DNA of 64,000 nucleotides. It comes from Polyangia bacterium. GTDB taxonomy: Bacteria > Myxococcota_A > Polyangia > JAAYKL01. Shown in pieces: positions 51,571 to 61,297 of the stretch. The translations under genes and the position numbers were made by a program. Position 1 is the first letter of the stretch, and each line of letters starts with the position of its first letter. Where the stretch lies: contig JBNKCR010000098.1 in assembly GCA_050287845.1 (NCBI GenBank), positions 1-64,000 on the forward strand, written 5' to 3'. The notes under the pieces are model-generated. The model was not told the origin of the DNA. It did not search any database and saw only the letters and a list, made by a program, of their open reading frames with translations.

Positions 51571-52059
51571 ATGGCAGAGCAGGGGAATGATTCCAGGACA
51601 CCAGAACTGGACCGGTTCAATGTTCGATTTATCGCGCTGGGAGCGTTCATTATTTTTATATCGCTGTTCGGTGCAGAAAAGTTGATTTGGAAAGTTGTTG
51701 GCGACGACTCCCGCGCCTTTTTTGAACGAGCGATTTCCCGAGTCAGTCAGGTGGAGATAGACGCAGACGAAAAGGACGCTATCCGTCAGGAAACGTTGAG
51801 TCGCCTTTCAATTCCACCGGTGTGGGGGATTGCCGTGGCTGTGATGATTGCACCGTTGGCTGTAGGCATGCTTGTTGGCTTGCGCTCGCGCTCTCTTGTC
51901 AGCGCATTTTTGGCCGTTCTTCTTGGAACCTGGGTAACTCTGGCGATGACGCACTCTTTTTCAGGTCTTGCGCTCCTTACAAGCCTGTTGTATTCGGCCA
52001 TCGGGATACTTGGAGGTGTTGCGGTCAAAAAAGTACAAAAATGGCGCAAAGAAAAGTAG
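51571..52059 (+). CDS. Hypothetical membrane protein
   Basis: About four hydrophobic segments; follows the HIT gene by 4 nt. Confidence 0.7.
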   Translation: MAEQGNDSRTPELDRFNVRFIALGAFIIFISLFGAEKLIWKVVGDDSRAFFERAISRVSQVEIDADEKDAIRQETLSRLSIPPVWGIAVAVMIAPLAVGMLVGLRSRSLVSAFLAVLLGTWVTLAMTHSFSGLALLTSLLYSAIGILGGVAVKKVQKWRKEK

Positions 52060-52178
52060 AGATTGTTCTTTGTTTTTCGCAGGTTATATATATTCTTTGA
52101 GTTGACCGTGCCAAACGGTTGTGATAGAGGTTTACCAGAAATAACGGGAGGCTGGCTACGGATTCAGATGGAAAAAAA

Positions 52179-52412
52179 ATGCTCAGACAGTCGCTTGGTT
52201 TGGTGGCTGTCGGGATTGAGATGGGAATATCTGTGGGAATTGGTATTCTGGGCGGACAATGGTTGGATGAGCACTATGGTACGGAACCGGTATTTTTCTG
52301 GGTGGGAGTGACAATTGGCTTTGGCGCGGCAGCAAAAGCAGTGGTGGATGCCGCCAGGAAAGTTCGAAAAGAGCTTAACGACGATGAGCCAGAAAGCACT
52401 AAAAAAGATTGA
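52179..52412 (+). CDS. AtpZ/ATPase gene-1 family protein
   Basis: GIEM....G...G.WLD..YGT.P.F; leads the F0 cluster. Confidence 0.85.
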   Translation: MLRQSLGLVAVGIEMGISVGIGILGGQWLDEHYGTEPVFFWVGVTIGFGAAAKAVVDAARKVRKELNDDEPESTKKD

Positions 52413-52743
52413 TCTGCTGATTGTGGGGTACGCGGTGATTCTTTGTGGCGGGGCAGCAGCTTTTTTTGGTTTCCGTAGCTTTGCCGGTGTGGCAACGGGG
52501 GCTGCAATTGCGTTACCCAATTGGATATTGTCCCGTTGGCTTGGCGTCAAATTGATTCTGGATGAACATAAAACCAGGGTGTCATTACTCCTGGCTTTGA
52601 AAATGATTTTGCTTCTCGGAGTTATTCTCCTGATTCTGTCATTTACTTCGGTCGATCCGGTCGCATTAATGATAGGTTTATCGACTTTGGTTTTTGGCAT
52701 TTTCAGCGAGGGGATATGGATGATTGTGAAAAATGACAATTGA
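52384..52743 (+). CDS. atpI: ATP synthase subunit I
   Basis: Four-TM small protein between atpZ and atpB. Confidence 0.75.
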   Translation: MSQKALKKIDLLIVGYAVILCGGAAAFFGFRSFAGVATGAAIALPNWILSRWLGVKLILDEHKTRVSLLLALKMILLLGVILLILSFTSVDPVALMIGLSTLVFGIFSEGIWMIVKNDN

Positions 52744-52790
52744 TGAAAACGGGAAGTGGAAGTAACCGATTTGGAGAGGAACGATAACCA

Positions 52791-53564
52791 ATGCCTCATG
52801 GAATGACCTGGTTCGACTTTATTTTACCACAACTTGCGCAATGGCGAGAGCAATTGCAGGACGCAATTGGTATTTCATACATTGAGCACGCACCCATCTC
52901 AGTTCAGTATGTTGTTGGATTCGCCTTCATTTCTGTGCTTATCGTGTTGCTGGTGATGACAGCGAGAACCAGGTTTGCCAGCATTGAAAAAGGTCTTGTG
53001 CCGGATGAAAAGCTCACTCTCAGGACATTTTTTGAAATGATGGTTGAAGGAACACTCAACACGATGGACGGTATAATGAGCCGCCGGCATGCCGAGTTTT
53101 TCCTGCCATTGATTGGTACATGTGCATTTATTATTTTTTTTTCCAATTTCCTGGGGCTGATTCCCGGCTTTGAACCGCCTACAGGAAATTTTAATACAAC
53201 GCTCGCGATGGCTATTGTCATTTTTTTCACCACGCATATTTATGGACTGAAAGAAAATGGGTTCGGTTATGTCGCTCACTTTTTTGGACCCATTCGCAAA
53301 TGGTATGCGTTTCCATTCATGCTGATGATGTTTGCCATCGAGGTGGTCAGTCATATGTCCCGTCCGCTTTCTCTGGGAATACGTCTGGCAGGCAATATGT
53401 TTGCTGATCATAAAGTGGTGGCGACGTTTACGCTGCTTGTGCCGATACTATTGCCTGTACCCATGTTATTGCTTGGCGTTTTAGTTTGTATTGTTCAGGT
53501 TGCAGTTTTTTGTATCCTGTCGATGGTTTATATTGGAATGGCGGTTGCCCATGAAGAACATTGA
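52791..53564 (+). CDS. atpB: ATP synthase F0 subunit a
   Basis: SNFLGLIPG..PPT, RPLSLGIRLAGNM and QVAVF..L...YI. Confidence 0.97.
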   Translation: MPHGMTWFDFILPQLAQWREQLQDAIGISYIEHAPISVQYVVGFAFISVLIVLLVMTARTRFASIEKGLVPDEKLTLRTFFEMMVEGTLNTMDGIMSRRHAEFFLPLIGTCAFIIFFSNFLGLIPGFEPPTGNFNTTLAMAIVIFFTTHIYGLKENGFGYVAHFFGPIRKWYAFPFMLMMFAIEVVSHMSRPLSLGIRLAGNMFADHKVVATFTLLVPILLPVPMLLLGVLVCIVQVAVFCILSMVYIGMAVAHEEH

Positions 53565-53598
53565 TCCTGATTGTGGATCACACTAAGGAGACCGAATT

Positions 53599-53928
53599 AT
53601 GCAATTTCGTAAAATCGTAACTTTTCTTTCCACTTCCCTGGTAACACTTTTTGTCGCGTCCACTGCGTTTGCACAGGAAGCCAATACGTCCGTAGCTGCG
53701 GCTGAAGGAGAAGTGGGACTTAAGGCACTCGCTGCCGGGCTTGCCATTGGTTTGGCTGCTTTGGGTGGTTCCATTGGTCAGGGGCGCGCGGCTGGCTCAG
53801 CATTGGAAGGAATTGCCAGAAACCCCAATGCTTCCGGAAAGATTTTCACCCCCATGATTCTTGGGTTGGCGTTAATTGAATCTCTCGTGATTTATGCTCT
53901 CGTAATCGCTTTTATGGTAAAGCCCTGA
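53599..53928 (+). CDS. atpE: ATP synthase F0 subunit c with signal-peptide-like N-terminal extension
   Basis: GGSIGQG, IARNP and LIESLVIY. Confidence 0.97.
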   Translation: MQFRKIVTFLSTSLVTLFVASTAFAQEANTSVAAAEGEVGLKALAAGLAIGLAALGGSIGQGRAAGSALEGIARNPNASGKIFTPMILGLALIESLVIYALVIAFMVKP

Positions 53929-53986
53929 ACTGGCACCATTTCTGGCACGTATCAACCTTTCCATCCAGGATTGTAGAGGAAAAAGT

Positions 53987-54637
53987 TTGGTGATGAGGTA
54001 CTTCAGTATTGTTGTAGCATGTTGTTTTGCCGCGAGTTGCGCAAGTACGCGTCTTGAAAAGCTCGCGGCGACGGCAGCGGATGCGGATCCGTCAGCGGTG
54101 ACGCAGGAACTGCCACCTTCAGAGGAGATAGATGACGAACCGGTTGTGACTCAGCGTGTTGAACTGGACACGTCAATGGGGAAGATGGTTCTTGGTCTTT
54201 ATGGCAAAGCGGCTCCCAAAACCGTGGAAAATTTTCTTTCATATGTAAAATCAGGGTATTACGACGGATTGGTATTTCATAGAGTGATACCGGGATTCAT
54301 GATACAGGGGGGGGGATATCAGGCTGATATGGAAAAAAAAGAAAGCGAAGAGCCTATCCCGCTCGAGTTGATTCCCGGGTTGCGGCACAGCCCGGGAACG
54401 GTTTCGATGGCCCGGACGAATGATCCGACGAGTGCGACGAGTCAATTTTTTATTTGCGTGGCGGATACCGAACAATTGAACGGCGAGTATGCCGCGTTTG
54501 GTAAAGTTGAAGAGGGGTTGGATGTTGCAACCGCCATTTCCCGTGTCGAAACGCAGTCCGTGGAAACGGACTATGCGGTAATGGACGATGTGCCAGTAAC
54601 CCCTGTCGTGATAAACGCCATAAAGCTGATCCAGTGA
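53987..54637 (+). CDS. Cyclophilin-type peptidyl-prolyl isomerase, lipoprotein
   Basis: APKTVENF, FHRVIPGFMIQGG and MART.DP.SATSQFFI; lipobox AASC. Confidence 0.93.
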   Translation: MVMRYFSIVVACCFAASCASTRLEKLAATAADADPSAVTQELPPSEEIDDEPVVTQRVELDTSMGKMVLGLYGKAAPKTVENFLSYVKSGYYDGLVFHRVIPGFMIQGGGYQADMEKKESEEPIPLELIPGLRHSPGTVSMARTNDPTSATSQFFICVADTEQLNGEYAAFGKVEEGLDVATAISRVETQSVETDYAVMDDVPVTPVVINAIKLIQ

Positions 54638-54693
54638 AGCTGAACGGCTTTTTTCAAGGTGGGATCCCGCACAGGTCGTATTTTTGATTCCAG

Positions 54694-54903
54694 CTACTGA
54701 TTCTGAACGTCCCAATCAACAAAGACATTCAGCGTATTTGCAAAATCGCGAAGGTCGGATTCCAGAATTTTAATGGTGAGCCCGCCAGTTGTATTGTATG
54801 CCTTGAGGCTGTTTTTTCGAATCCATCTGCGAATTGTTTCATTGGACACTTTACACATTTGTGCAACGTCTTTGACCGAGTAAATGCGATCAACCTTTGT
54901 CAT
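54694..54903 (-). CDS. Excisionase/MerR-like helix-turn-helix protein
   Basis: YSVKDVA..CKVS.ETIRRWI...LKA..T.GG; AAGGAG RBS. Confidence 0.85.
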   Translation of the reverse strand: MTKVDRIYSVKDVAQMCKVSNETIRRWIRKNSLKAYNTTGGLTIKILESDLRDFANTLNVFVDWDVQNQ

Positions 54904-54997
54904 GGTCAGCTCCTTCTGTATTATTAAGTTGTTAAATAGTCCGTCTGAATTAATCCAGATATTGATTCAGATGAACTGATGGAGCGCATATTACTGA

Positions 54998-55504
54998 TTA
55001 GTCTGAGATTTGGCCATCTAAAAATTCGGAAATAATATTCCAGTTGTCAATGGTGCGGGATCGTCGGCATCCCCATACATTGCAAAGCGCCAGAATGTGG
55101 CTGTCCGAAAGTTCGGTGGATGTGTAGAGCTTGATCAGATCGCCATCCTGTCCATTTTCGAAGCTGCAGTGGCATTTGGCAAACGTTGGAAGTGGCACAT
55201 TGCATTCTGGGCAGAAAAACAGGATCTTCTGGCCGTCTTTCCAGCCCTGATGCCCCTTTTTCGTGCCGTCGCCGTGAAAAGGCGATAAATATACGATACC
55301 TTTGTTTTCATCACTTTTCAGGAATACCTTTATGCCGGGATATCCGTCAAAATCTTCATTGGCATCGGTGATGAGATTGTGACCATTCGGACAATACGCC
55401 TCAGTGATAACAATAAAAACATCATCTACCTGCTTCAATGTAGATTCGAATGGGGGGGGAACAGAGATTTTGACCTTCTCCTGTTCTACATCCTTTTTAG
55501 CCAT
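54998..55504 (-). CDS. Cys/His-rich hypothetical protein, putative metal binder
   Basis: CPNGH, CPEC, CHC and CNVWGC; AAGGAG RBS. Confidence 0.75.
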   Translation of the reverse strand: MAKKDVEQEKVKISVPPPFESTLKQVDDVFIVITEAYCPNGHNLITDANEDFDGYPGIKVFLKSDENKGIVYLSPFHGDGTKKGHQGWKDGQKILFFCPECNVPLPTFAKCHCSFENGQDGDLIKLYTSTELSDSHILALCNVWGCRRSRTIDNWNIISEFLDGQISD

Positions 55505-55747
55505 GTGGTACTCCTTGAACAGTGTTTTAAAATAGACGTATGTCAGTAAAACCGCGTAGTCAAGATAATCTGGCGTTTTATTTGGAGTTGTTATCTGAAA
55601 TAGGCGGTTGAGGCGCAGACAGCGCGGATTTGCCCGAACATTCAGTCACATCCGTTTGAAATAGTTCATTCAAAAATGAGGTGCGTCAACGTTAGACGGA
55701 AGATCTGGCAGGAACACCGATTTTATATATTGATTTTCCGTAGGCGA

Positions 55748-56158
55748 TTATTCTTTGGAACCCGGATTTTTTTTCAGGAGTTTCTGATATAGATGTTGGC
55801 CAAGACTGTCAATCATGAGACGTTCCACTTTTGTTTCGATGAGATCGCGTTCTTCCACTGTGGCATAGATAAACTTGATCCCCATTCCCGCAGGGGATTC
55901 CTCGGTGGAATTTTCAGGTGCGACGACCCATTTCACTTTTCCTTTCAGGGTAATCGGCTCAGTGAGGGAAGGGATTTTCAGTTTAAAGATAAATTCTGTG
56001 TCGATGGCGAGCGGTGTTTCAGTTTTGATGAAAGTGCCGCCCCGACTGATGTTTCTGGTGTAATCCGCGAAGAAAGTGTTGAGTCGCCGATATTCAACTT
56101 TCAATTCGATTGGGGCCCTGGGATGGTTGCGTCGTTCGTCCGAAGAAATATTTTCCAC
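55748..56158 (-). CDS. PilZ-domain protein, TIGR02266 family
   Basis: ERRNHPR, NISRGGTFI and PAGMGIKF. Confidence 0.9.
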   Translation of the reverse strand: MENISSDERRNHPRAPIELKVEYRRLNTFFADYTRNISRGGTFIKTETPLAIDTEFIFKLKIPSLTEPITLKGKVKWVVAPENSTEESPAGMGIKFIYATVEERDLIETKVERLMIDSLGQHLYQKLLKKNPGSKE

Positions 56159-56279
56159 GTGTGTACCCTTTGTTCTTGTGACATCGAACTCTATTTTGCC
56201 ATATCTGGCAAATACAGGAAACCTCGAATTTCAATTTACCTTATTGACCATAATTAGCAAATAGTACTAAGGGGGTACC

Positions 56280-57599
56280 ATGAAATTTTACATAAAAACA
56301 TTCGGTTGCCAGATGAATGTTCATGATACACGGCGCATAGAAGAGATTTTGATACGTTCCGGGCACGAAAGTACCACCAACCCGGCCGAGGCGCAAATCG
56401 CCCTTGTGAACAGTTGTACCATCCGCCAGAAACCGTGGCACAAGGCGATTTCGGAAACGGGAAGGCTTCGAAAAGGGAAATTGAAGGGGAGAAGCGAAAA
56501 GGACTTGTTTGTGGGGCTCGTAGGATGTGTTGCGCAGCAGGAAGGCGAAAATGTATTTGATTTGCTTTCACATGTGGATTTTGTCGTGTCCCCGGACAAT
56601 TACAGCCAGTTGCCTCAGATTATTAATGATATTATACGCGAAAAAAGGCAGGTGGCGATAACGGGTTTCTCCGAAGGGAGAGCTGAGGATTTTTTGTCCA
56701 TTGAGCAGGTGGCGCCCAATGAGGTCAGTGCTTTTGTGACAATCATGAAGGGTTGTCAGGAAAGATGCCGGTATTGCATTGTTCCGACAGTGAGAGGCCC
56801 GGAAAGACATCGCAGCTCCGAACAGGTTCTTGAGGAAATTCAGAATGTGGTATCGAAAGGTGTAAAAGAAATTACGTTGCTCGGGCAGAAGGTGAACGCC
56901 TGGAAAGAGGGGAACCTTGTTTTTTCTGACCTGCTGAAGATGATTGATAAAGTTGAAGATTTGGAGCGCCTTCGTTTCACGTCGCCTCATCCCCGCCATA
57001 TGACAGCGGATGTGACAGATTGCTTCAGGACATTGCGAACGCTTTGTGAGTCGATTCATCTGCCCGTACAGGCGGGTTCCAACAGAACGCTGAAAGCAAT
57101 GGGACGTCGATATACAAGAGAAGACTATCTGGACGTTGTATCGCGGTTACGCAGCGCCCGCCCGGAAATTTCCATTTCTACCGATTTGATTATCGGATAT
57201 CCCGGGGAGACCGAAGCTGATTTTCAGGAAACACTTTCGCTGATTGAGACAGTTGGCTTCACTTCCGCGTTTTCTTTCAAGTTTTCCCCAAGACCGTTCA
57301 CACCGGCAGAAAAGCTTGATGATACAGTGTCAGAAGAAGAGAAATCGATTCGCCTTGCACGCGTGCATGAAGTGATCAATCGACAGGAATTCGCGTTTCG
57401 GGAAAGTTTACGGAATTCTGAGCTCGAAGTATTGGTTGAAGGGCAGGGCCGGATGGACAATCAATTGACTGGACGGGCGCGAAATTATCAGATTATTAAC
57501 TTTATATCCAATCGGCCGTTGTCTGAAATGATCGGCCAGCTGGTTTCCGTGCGCGTTACAGAGGTTCATCCTAACAGCCTGGAGGGAGAGCTCGTTTGA
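56280..57599 (+). CDS. miaB: tRNA-i6A37 methylthiotransferase MiaB
   Basis: TFGCQMNVHD, GCVAQ, GCQERCRYCIVP and a C-terminal TRAM domain. Confidence 0.95.
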   Translation: MKFYIKTFGCQMNVHDTRRIEEILIRSGHESTTNPAEAQIALVNSCTIRQKPWHKAISETGRLRKGKLKGRSEKDLFVGLVGCVAQQEGENVFDLLSHVDFVVSPDNYSQLPQIINDIIREKRQVAITGFSEGRAEDFLSIEQVAPNEVSAFVTIMKGCQERCRYCIVPTVRGPERHRSSEQVLEEIQNVVSKGVKEITLLGQKVNAWKEGNLVFSDLLKMIDKVEDLERLRFTSPHPRHMTADVTDCFRTLRTLCESIHLPVQAGSNRTLKAMGRRYTREDYLDVVSRLRSARPEISISTDLIIGYPGETEADFQETLSLIETVGFTSAFSFKFSPRPFTPAEKLDDTVSEEEKSIRLARVHEVINRQEFAFRESLRNSELEVLVEGQGRMDNQLTGRARNYQIINFISNRPLSEMIGQLVSVRVTEVHPNSLEGELV

Positions 57600-58036
57600 A
57601 AATCAGTGATATGTTGAAAATGCCAGTAGTCTGGTTGGTTGCACTTCTGGTTTATCTCGGGATGATATTTGCTGTTTCGAATATTTCTGCCATGGATCTG
57701 CTCGTGATTCGATTTCCGAACTGGGACAAGTTTGCTCATTTTTTTGAGTATCTCCCGGTGGGATTCATGGTAACCGGGCTTTTGTCTTCAAAGTTTCCCG
57801 GCAGCAGACTGGCAGTCATTGTTCCCGCAGTGATAGCGATTTCGCTACTTCTTGGCGGTCTCGACGAATTTCATCAGTCATTTGTGCCCGGACGGGATGT
57901 GTCGCTGGGGGACGCGATTGCGGATGTTCTGGGGGCAACCGTTGGTGCAATGCTTGCGGTTCATTTTATAAAAGCGGCGGTGTATCGAAACGCGTCGGCC
58001 AGCGCGCTGCAGACCGAATCCAAAAGACAGCAGTGA
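57596..58036 (+). CDS. VanZ-like family membrane protein
   Basis: DKFAHF..Y and DEFHQSFVPGR..S..D..AD. Confidence 0.88.
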   Translation: MKISDMLKMPVVWLVALLVYLGMIFAVSNISAMDLLVIRFPNWDKFAHFFEYLPVGFMVTGLLSSKFPGSRLAVIVPAVIAISLLLGGLDEFHQSFVPGRDVSLGDAIADVLGATVGAMLAVHFIKAAVYRNASASALQTESKRQQ

Positions 58037-58104
58037 GTCGGCGTTTTCTTCCTGTGTTTTCCTATATTGGCGCAGTACGAGACGGATGCCGGTGGAATCT
58101 GAGA

Positions 58105-58803
58105 TTATTTCTTGTGTCGATAATTTCGATTGGGTCGCCAGAACAGCAGCTCAATTCCGGCAAGGGCGAACAGTGAATCGAAGCCATCCCCCGTGATCCA
58201 TGTGGTGGTAACTACCGGGGCGAGCGTCAGCTTTCGAGTGAGTCTGAACTCGTACAGCAGCGAAAACGCGAGGGTGCCGGGGCCGCCAAATCCAAACTCC
58301 CACTTGTTTTTACCCTGGGCGAAACCAAAACCAAATCCCGCCGATGGTCTGACTCCCAGACCTTTCCAGGGATAAAATGACAGATCCAGAAGCAGGGCAA
58401 ACGCCGAGACCTGAACTTCATCGGCTTTGATGTTGACGGATTGCACTTGAAATCCCATGGCAAACTTGTCGCTGAATGCATCACCCACTCTTATGGTGGT
58501 GGCGACAAAATGCAACGGCCCATAATTCAGTTTTTTATGGTCCTCGTTTTCGTCTATCCACGTGCGCGCCTGAATATAGTTGATGGAGCCTCCGACATAA
58601 GAAGCCGGTCGCCTTCTGATGGTGGGATCTTTTCGCCAGTGCAGTGTCGTCCCTGCTTCCGGCGATTCAACTGTGGTTGGCGTATCCACGGCAGCTCCCA
58701 CGTCTCCGGTATCCCCGGTATCTGGCGTGTGTTGTGCGACGCACACACCGGTCACGAGGGAAAAAGCCAGACAGGACCAGACAGTAAAAAATATTGATTT
58801 CAT
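58105..58803 (-). CDS. Exported, probable small outer-membrane beta-barrel protein
   Basis: Signal peptide; alternating aromatic/Gly strands (FYPWKG, GFGFGF, YEFRL). Confidence 0.6.
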   Translation of the reverse strand: MKSIFFTVWSCLAFSLVTGVCVAQHTPDTGDTGDVGAAVDTPTTVESPEAGTTLHWRKDPTIRRRPASYVGGSINYIQARTWIDENEDHKKLNYGPLHFVATTIRVGDAFSDKFAMGFQVQSVNIKADEVQVSAFALLLDLSFYPWKGLGVRPSAGFGFGFAQGKNKWEFGFGGPGTLAFSLLYEFRLTRKLTLAPVVTTTWITGDGFDSLFALAGIELLFWRPNRNYRHKK

Positions 58804-58818
58804 ATGTTGCTGATTAAA

Positions 58819-60096
58819 TTACTTCGGCGCGCACTTTTCAAGTGCTTTTTCCTGGTTTGGCGTCAGATCCGGTTTGCCCATGATAAAACCGCCGACCCGA
58901 TCCCATTCAAAACCATGGGGGCGTTTATTGGACCACCAGATGACCATGGCGCGCCCTTTGATGTTCTGAATGGGTACCGTACCCCACATGCGGGAGTCAC
59001 TGGACCGATCCCGGTTGTCGCCCATGGCGAAAATCTGTCCAACCGGCACCTTCACGGGCTCAAAGTCATCGAAGAGATAATCCTCTACGATGGTATATTG
59101 ATGGTCCCCATGGGTCTCCACCCAGAGAGAGCTGGTCCTGTCTATCCATTCATCCGTCAGGCTATCCCGGGATTTGAACATTCTTTTCCCAACTTTACAT
59201 CGGGGAATAGGCTGGCCGTTCACATAGACGACACTGCGCTTGACTTCAATGGTGTCTCCCGGCAGCCCGATGACCCGCTTAATGAAGTCTGTGCCCACCA
59301 GGGTCTCTTCAAATCCATCGTTGGCGTATCCCTGTTCCTGTCTCGATGGCTTCGCGAAAACAATCACATCGCCATATTCCGGCTGTGAAAACTGAATCAG
59401 CTTCCTGTTTTGAAATGGCAGAGAAATTCCGTACTGAAACTTGCTGACAAAAATATGGTCTCCTACCATCAGCGTAGGCACCATGGATTCACTGGGGATT
59501 TTAAATGCTTCCACCGCAAACAATCGAAGCCCGAATGCGACCAGCACAGCAATGCCAATAGATTCAAAATACTCTCTTCCGGGGCTTTTCTGAGCAAATG
59601 CGAGATGTTGGCTGGCTACGGATTCCAATTTTCTGGTGTCGGACTGCACTGCCTCGTGGTCGTTGTTACCAATGGCACGATTCAGTGAATCAATCAACGA
59701 ATTGATCTCCTCACTGTGCTTTTTTGAAATTTTAGCTGCATGCCGGGCGGTTGTTTTCTGAATGCGACGGATGAGAGTCTTTGCGATTTTCACCCGTCTG
59801 CTGCGATTGTAATCCGAATCGAAGTCCTTGTCTCTCCAGAAGGGTAAACGGTTTTTGGATGAATACAGAAAGACCACCAGTATCGCAAACAGGAGTAGAA
59901 CATACCAGGGCTCGAATTCATCAACGACGCGGGCACGATCCAGCAGATCGATGACTATCCAGGATACGGACAGGGGCAGTGCGATGAACCAGACGACATA
60001 CCAGAACTTGTGAAATAAATAACGAAAATTCAATATTTCTCTCCGTTGGAAATAGGTGTTTTGGTGTTCTTTATCCCCGTTGACACTTTTTAGCAA
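58819..60096 (-). CDS. lepB: Signal peptidase I with long N-terminal extension (start uncertain)
   Basis: FKIPSESM.PTL..GD, FIKRVIGLPGD and GDNRD.S.DSR. Confidence 0.92.
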   Translation of the reverse strand: MLKSVNGDKEHQNTYFQRREILNFRYLFHKFWYVVWFIALPLSVSWIVIDLLDRARVVDEFEPWYVLLLFAILVVFLYSSKNRLPFWRDKDFDSDYNRSRRVKIAKTLIRRIQKTTARHAAKISKKHSEEINSLIDSLNRAIGNNDHEAVQSDTRKLESVASQHLAFAQKSPGREYFESIGIAVLVAFGLRLFAVEAFKIPSESMVPTLMVGDHIFVSKFQYGISLPFQNRKLIQFSQPEYGDVIVFAKPSRQEQGYANDGFEETLVGTDFIKRVIGLPGDTIEVKRSVVYVNGQPIPRCKVGKRMFKSRDSLTDEWIDRTSSLWVETHGDHQYTIVEDYLFDDFEPVKVPVGQIFAMGDNRDRSSDSRMWGTVPIQNIKGRAMVIWWSNKRPHGFEWDRVGGFIMGKPDLTPNQEKALEKCAPK

Positions 60097-60147
60097 GCAC
60101 CGGATATGTGAAACGATTGTCTTTGCCTGAACATTTGCAGAAGATGA

Positions 60148-61236
60148 TTATTCCCTGGTGATGCGTAGGCTGCTTCGAACCTTCAGTTTTTCAAGTACAG
60201 AGACCTTTTGCCTTTCTTTGTACCGGATATGAGCGGCTTCTCCCCTTTCATTCTGCCGGTGGGTCTTCCTGTCCAGAATCTGAATTTCTGCGCGAACGTA
60301 AATTATCGGGCGGGGAACCGGATTTACGCCATCGGTGATAAACGCATTTTTAAAATCTTCGATACGCACTGGCATATCGGCAACCCAATGCACCACGTGA
60401 TATTGGGGAGATGAATGAACGTTGGACACCATCGGATTCAGCTCGTCGTTCATGTTGCTTCGACCATTCAGCTGAGAAGCCAGTTCACGAAGATGGGTGT
60501 TATTTCCAATGAACGTAGCAAACGGAAACAGCGTGTTGTAGGATTCTCCAGGTAGAATATAGTTGAATGGAAAAAGGTTGCGGGAAAGAAAATTGATAGC
60601 AGGCAGCACGTCGTCTCTTGTGGCGGTTACTACACGAAACCGGATTTTATCAAACAGCTGCGCGGCAAGGGGGTCATCCTTGGAAAGCAGTTTGGTGACC
60701 ATGCTGGCCCGCTGTTTTCTTCCCCCCATGAATTCAACAATCGGCAATCTATCGGCCATCATATGGCTGATGGTCTGATAAATTCGCGCTTCGGCTTTCT
60801 GAAATAGCTGCTGATCCGTGATTTGAAGTGCCTGTCTGGCTTCACCCGCATCAAAATGGTTGATGATATGCATGGCTTTCAGCAATGTGCACGCGCAGAA
60901 TTGCCGATGGCGTGTGTTGGAGTTTGACGCGATTTTAAACAGTTCAAATAAAGAGGCATTCCGAATCGGTGATGGCATGGGGAAGTCGAATTCCTCTTGC
61001 AGATATGCAATGGATTCATCTCTGATTCGTTCAATGAGAGCGATGTCTGAGGGATCGTTGAGGTCCAGACAATGATTTTTACAAAGCGCTTCCGCATCCT
61101 TGTCGGTCAGATTCAGTCTCGTCCAGTCCAATATGTTTTCGTCTGTCAGGCTCAACCGAACAATGTCGAGATCAAACAGCTGAAATTTGTCGAGGGCCCG
61201 ATATGGCGCAATATAATTAGGAGTAATAAACTGCAC
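60148..61236 (-). CDS. TIGR04552-like protein with RelA/SpoT-type nucleotidyltransferase motifs
   Basis: I.DW.RL, RK...S..TKLLSK, FDKIRFR.V, EIQI.D and AH..YK; GTG 61236 chosen as start. Confidence 0.75.
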   Translation of the reverse strand: MQFITPNYIAPYRALDKFQLFDLDIVRLSLTDENILDWTRLNLTDKDAEALCKNHCLDLNDPSDIALIERIRDESIAYLQEEFDFPMPSPIRNASLFELFKIASNSNTRHRQFCACTLLKAMHIINHFDAGEARQALQITDQQLFQKAEARIYQTISHMMADRLPIVEFMGGRKQRASMVTKLLSKDDPLAAQLFDKIRFRVVTATRDDVLPAINFLSRNLFPFNYILPGESYNTLFPFATFIGNNTHLRELASQLNGRSNMNDELNPMVSNVHSSPQYHVVHWVADMPVRIEDFKNAFITDGVNPVPRPIIYVRAEIQILDRKTHRQNERGEAAHIRYKERQKVSVLEKLKVRSSLRITRE

Positions 61237-61297
61237 GGCAAATATAATATCACAAAGGCTGTCGAGGAAGGAGGTGCGGTACGACTTACAGACTACC

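Noticed and set aside
52179..53928. atp cluster lacking atpF/H/A/G/D/C as a novelty
   Set aside because: A separate atpIBE cluster is an established arrangement in deltaproteobacteria and myxobacteria.
54694..54903. Excisionase as evidence of a prophage
   Set aside because: No integrase, phage structural genes or att pair; flanked by housekeeping genes.
56195..56212. Palindrome TTTGCCA-TATC-TGGCAAA between the PilZ gene and miaB
   Set aside because: A single 7-bp inverted repeat with no second copy noticed; not distinguishable from chance.
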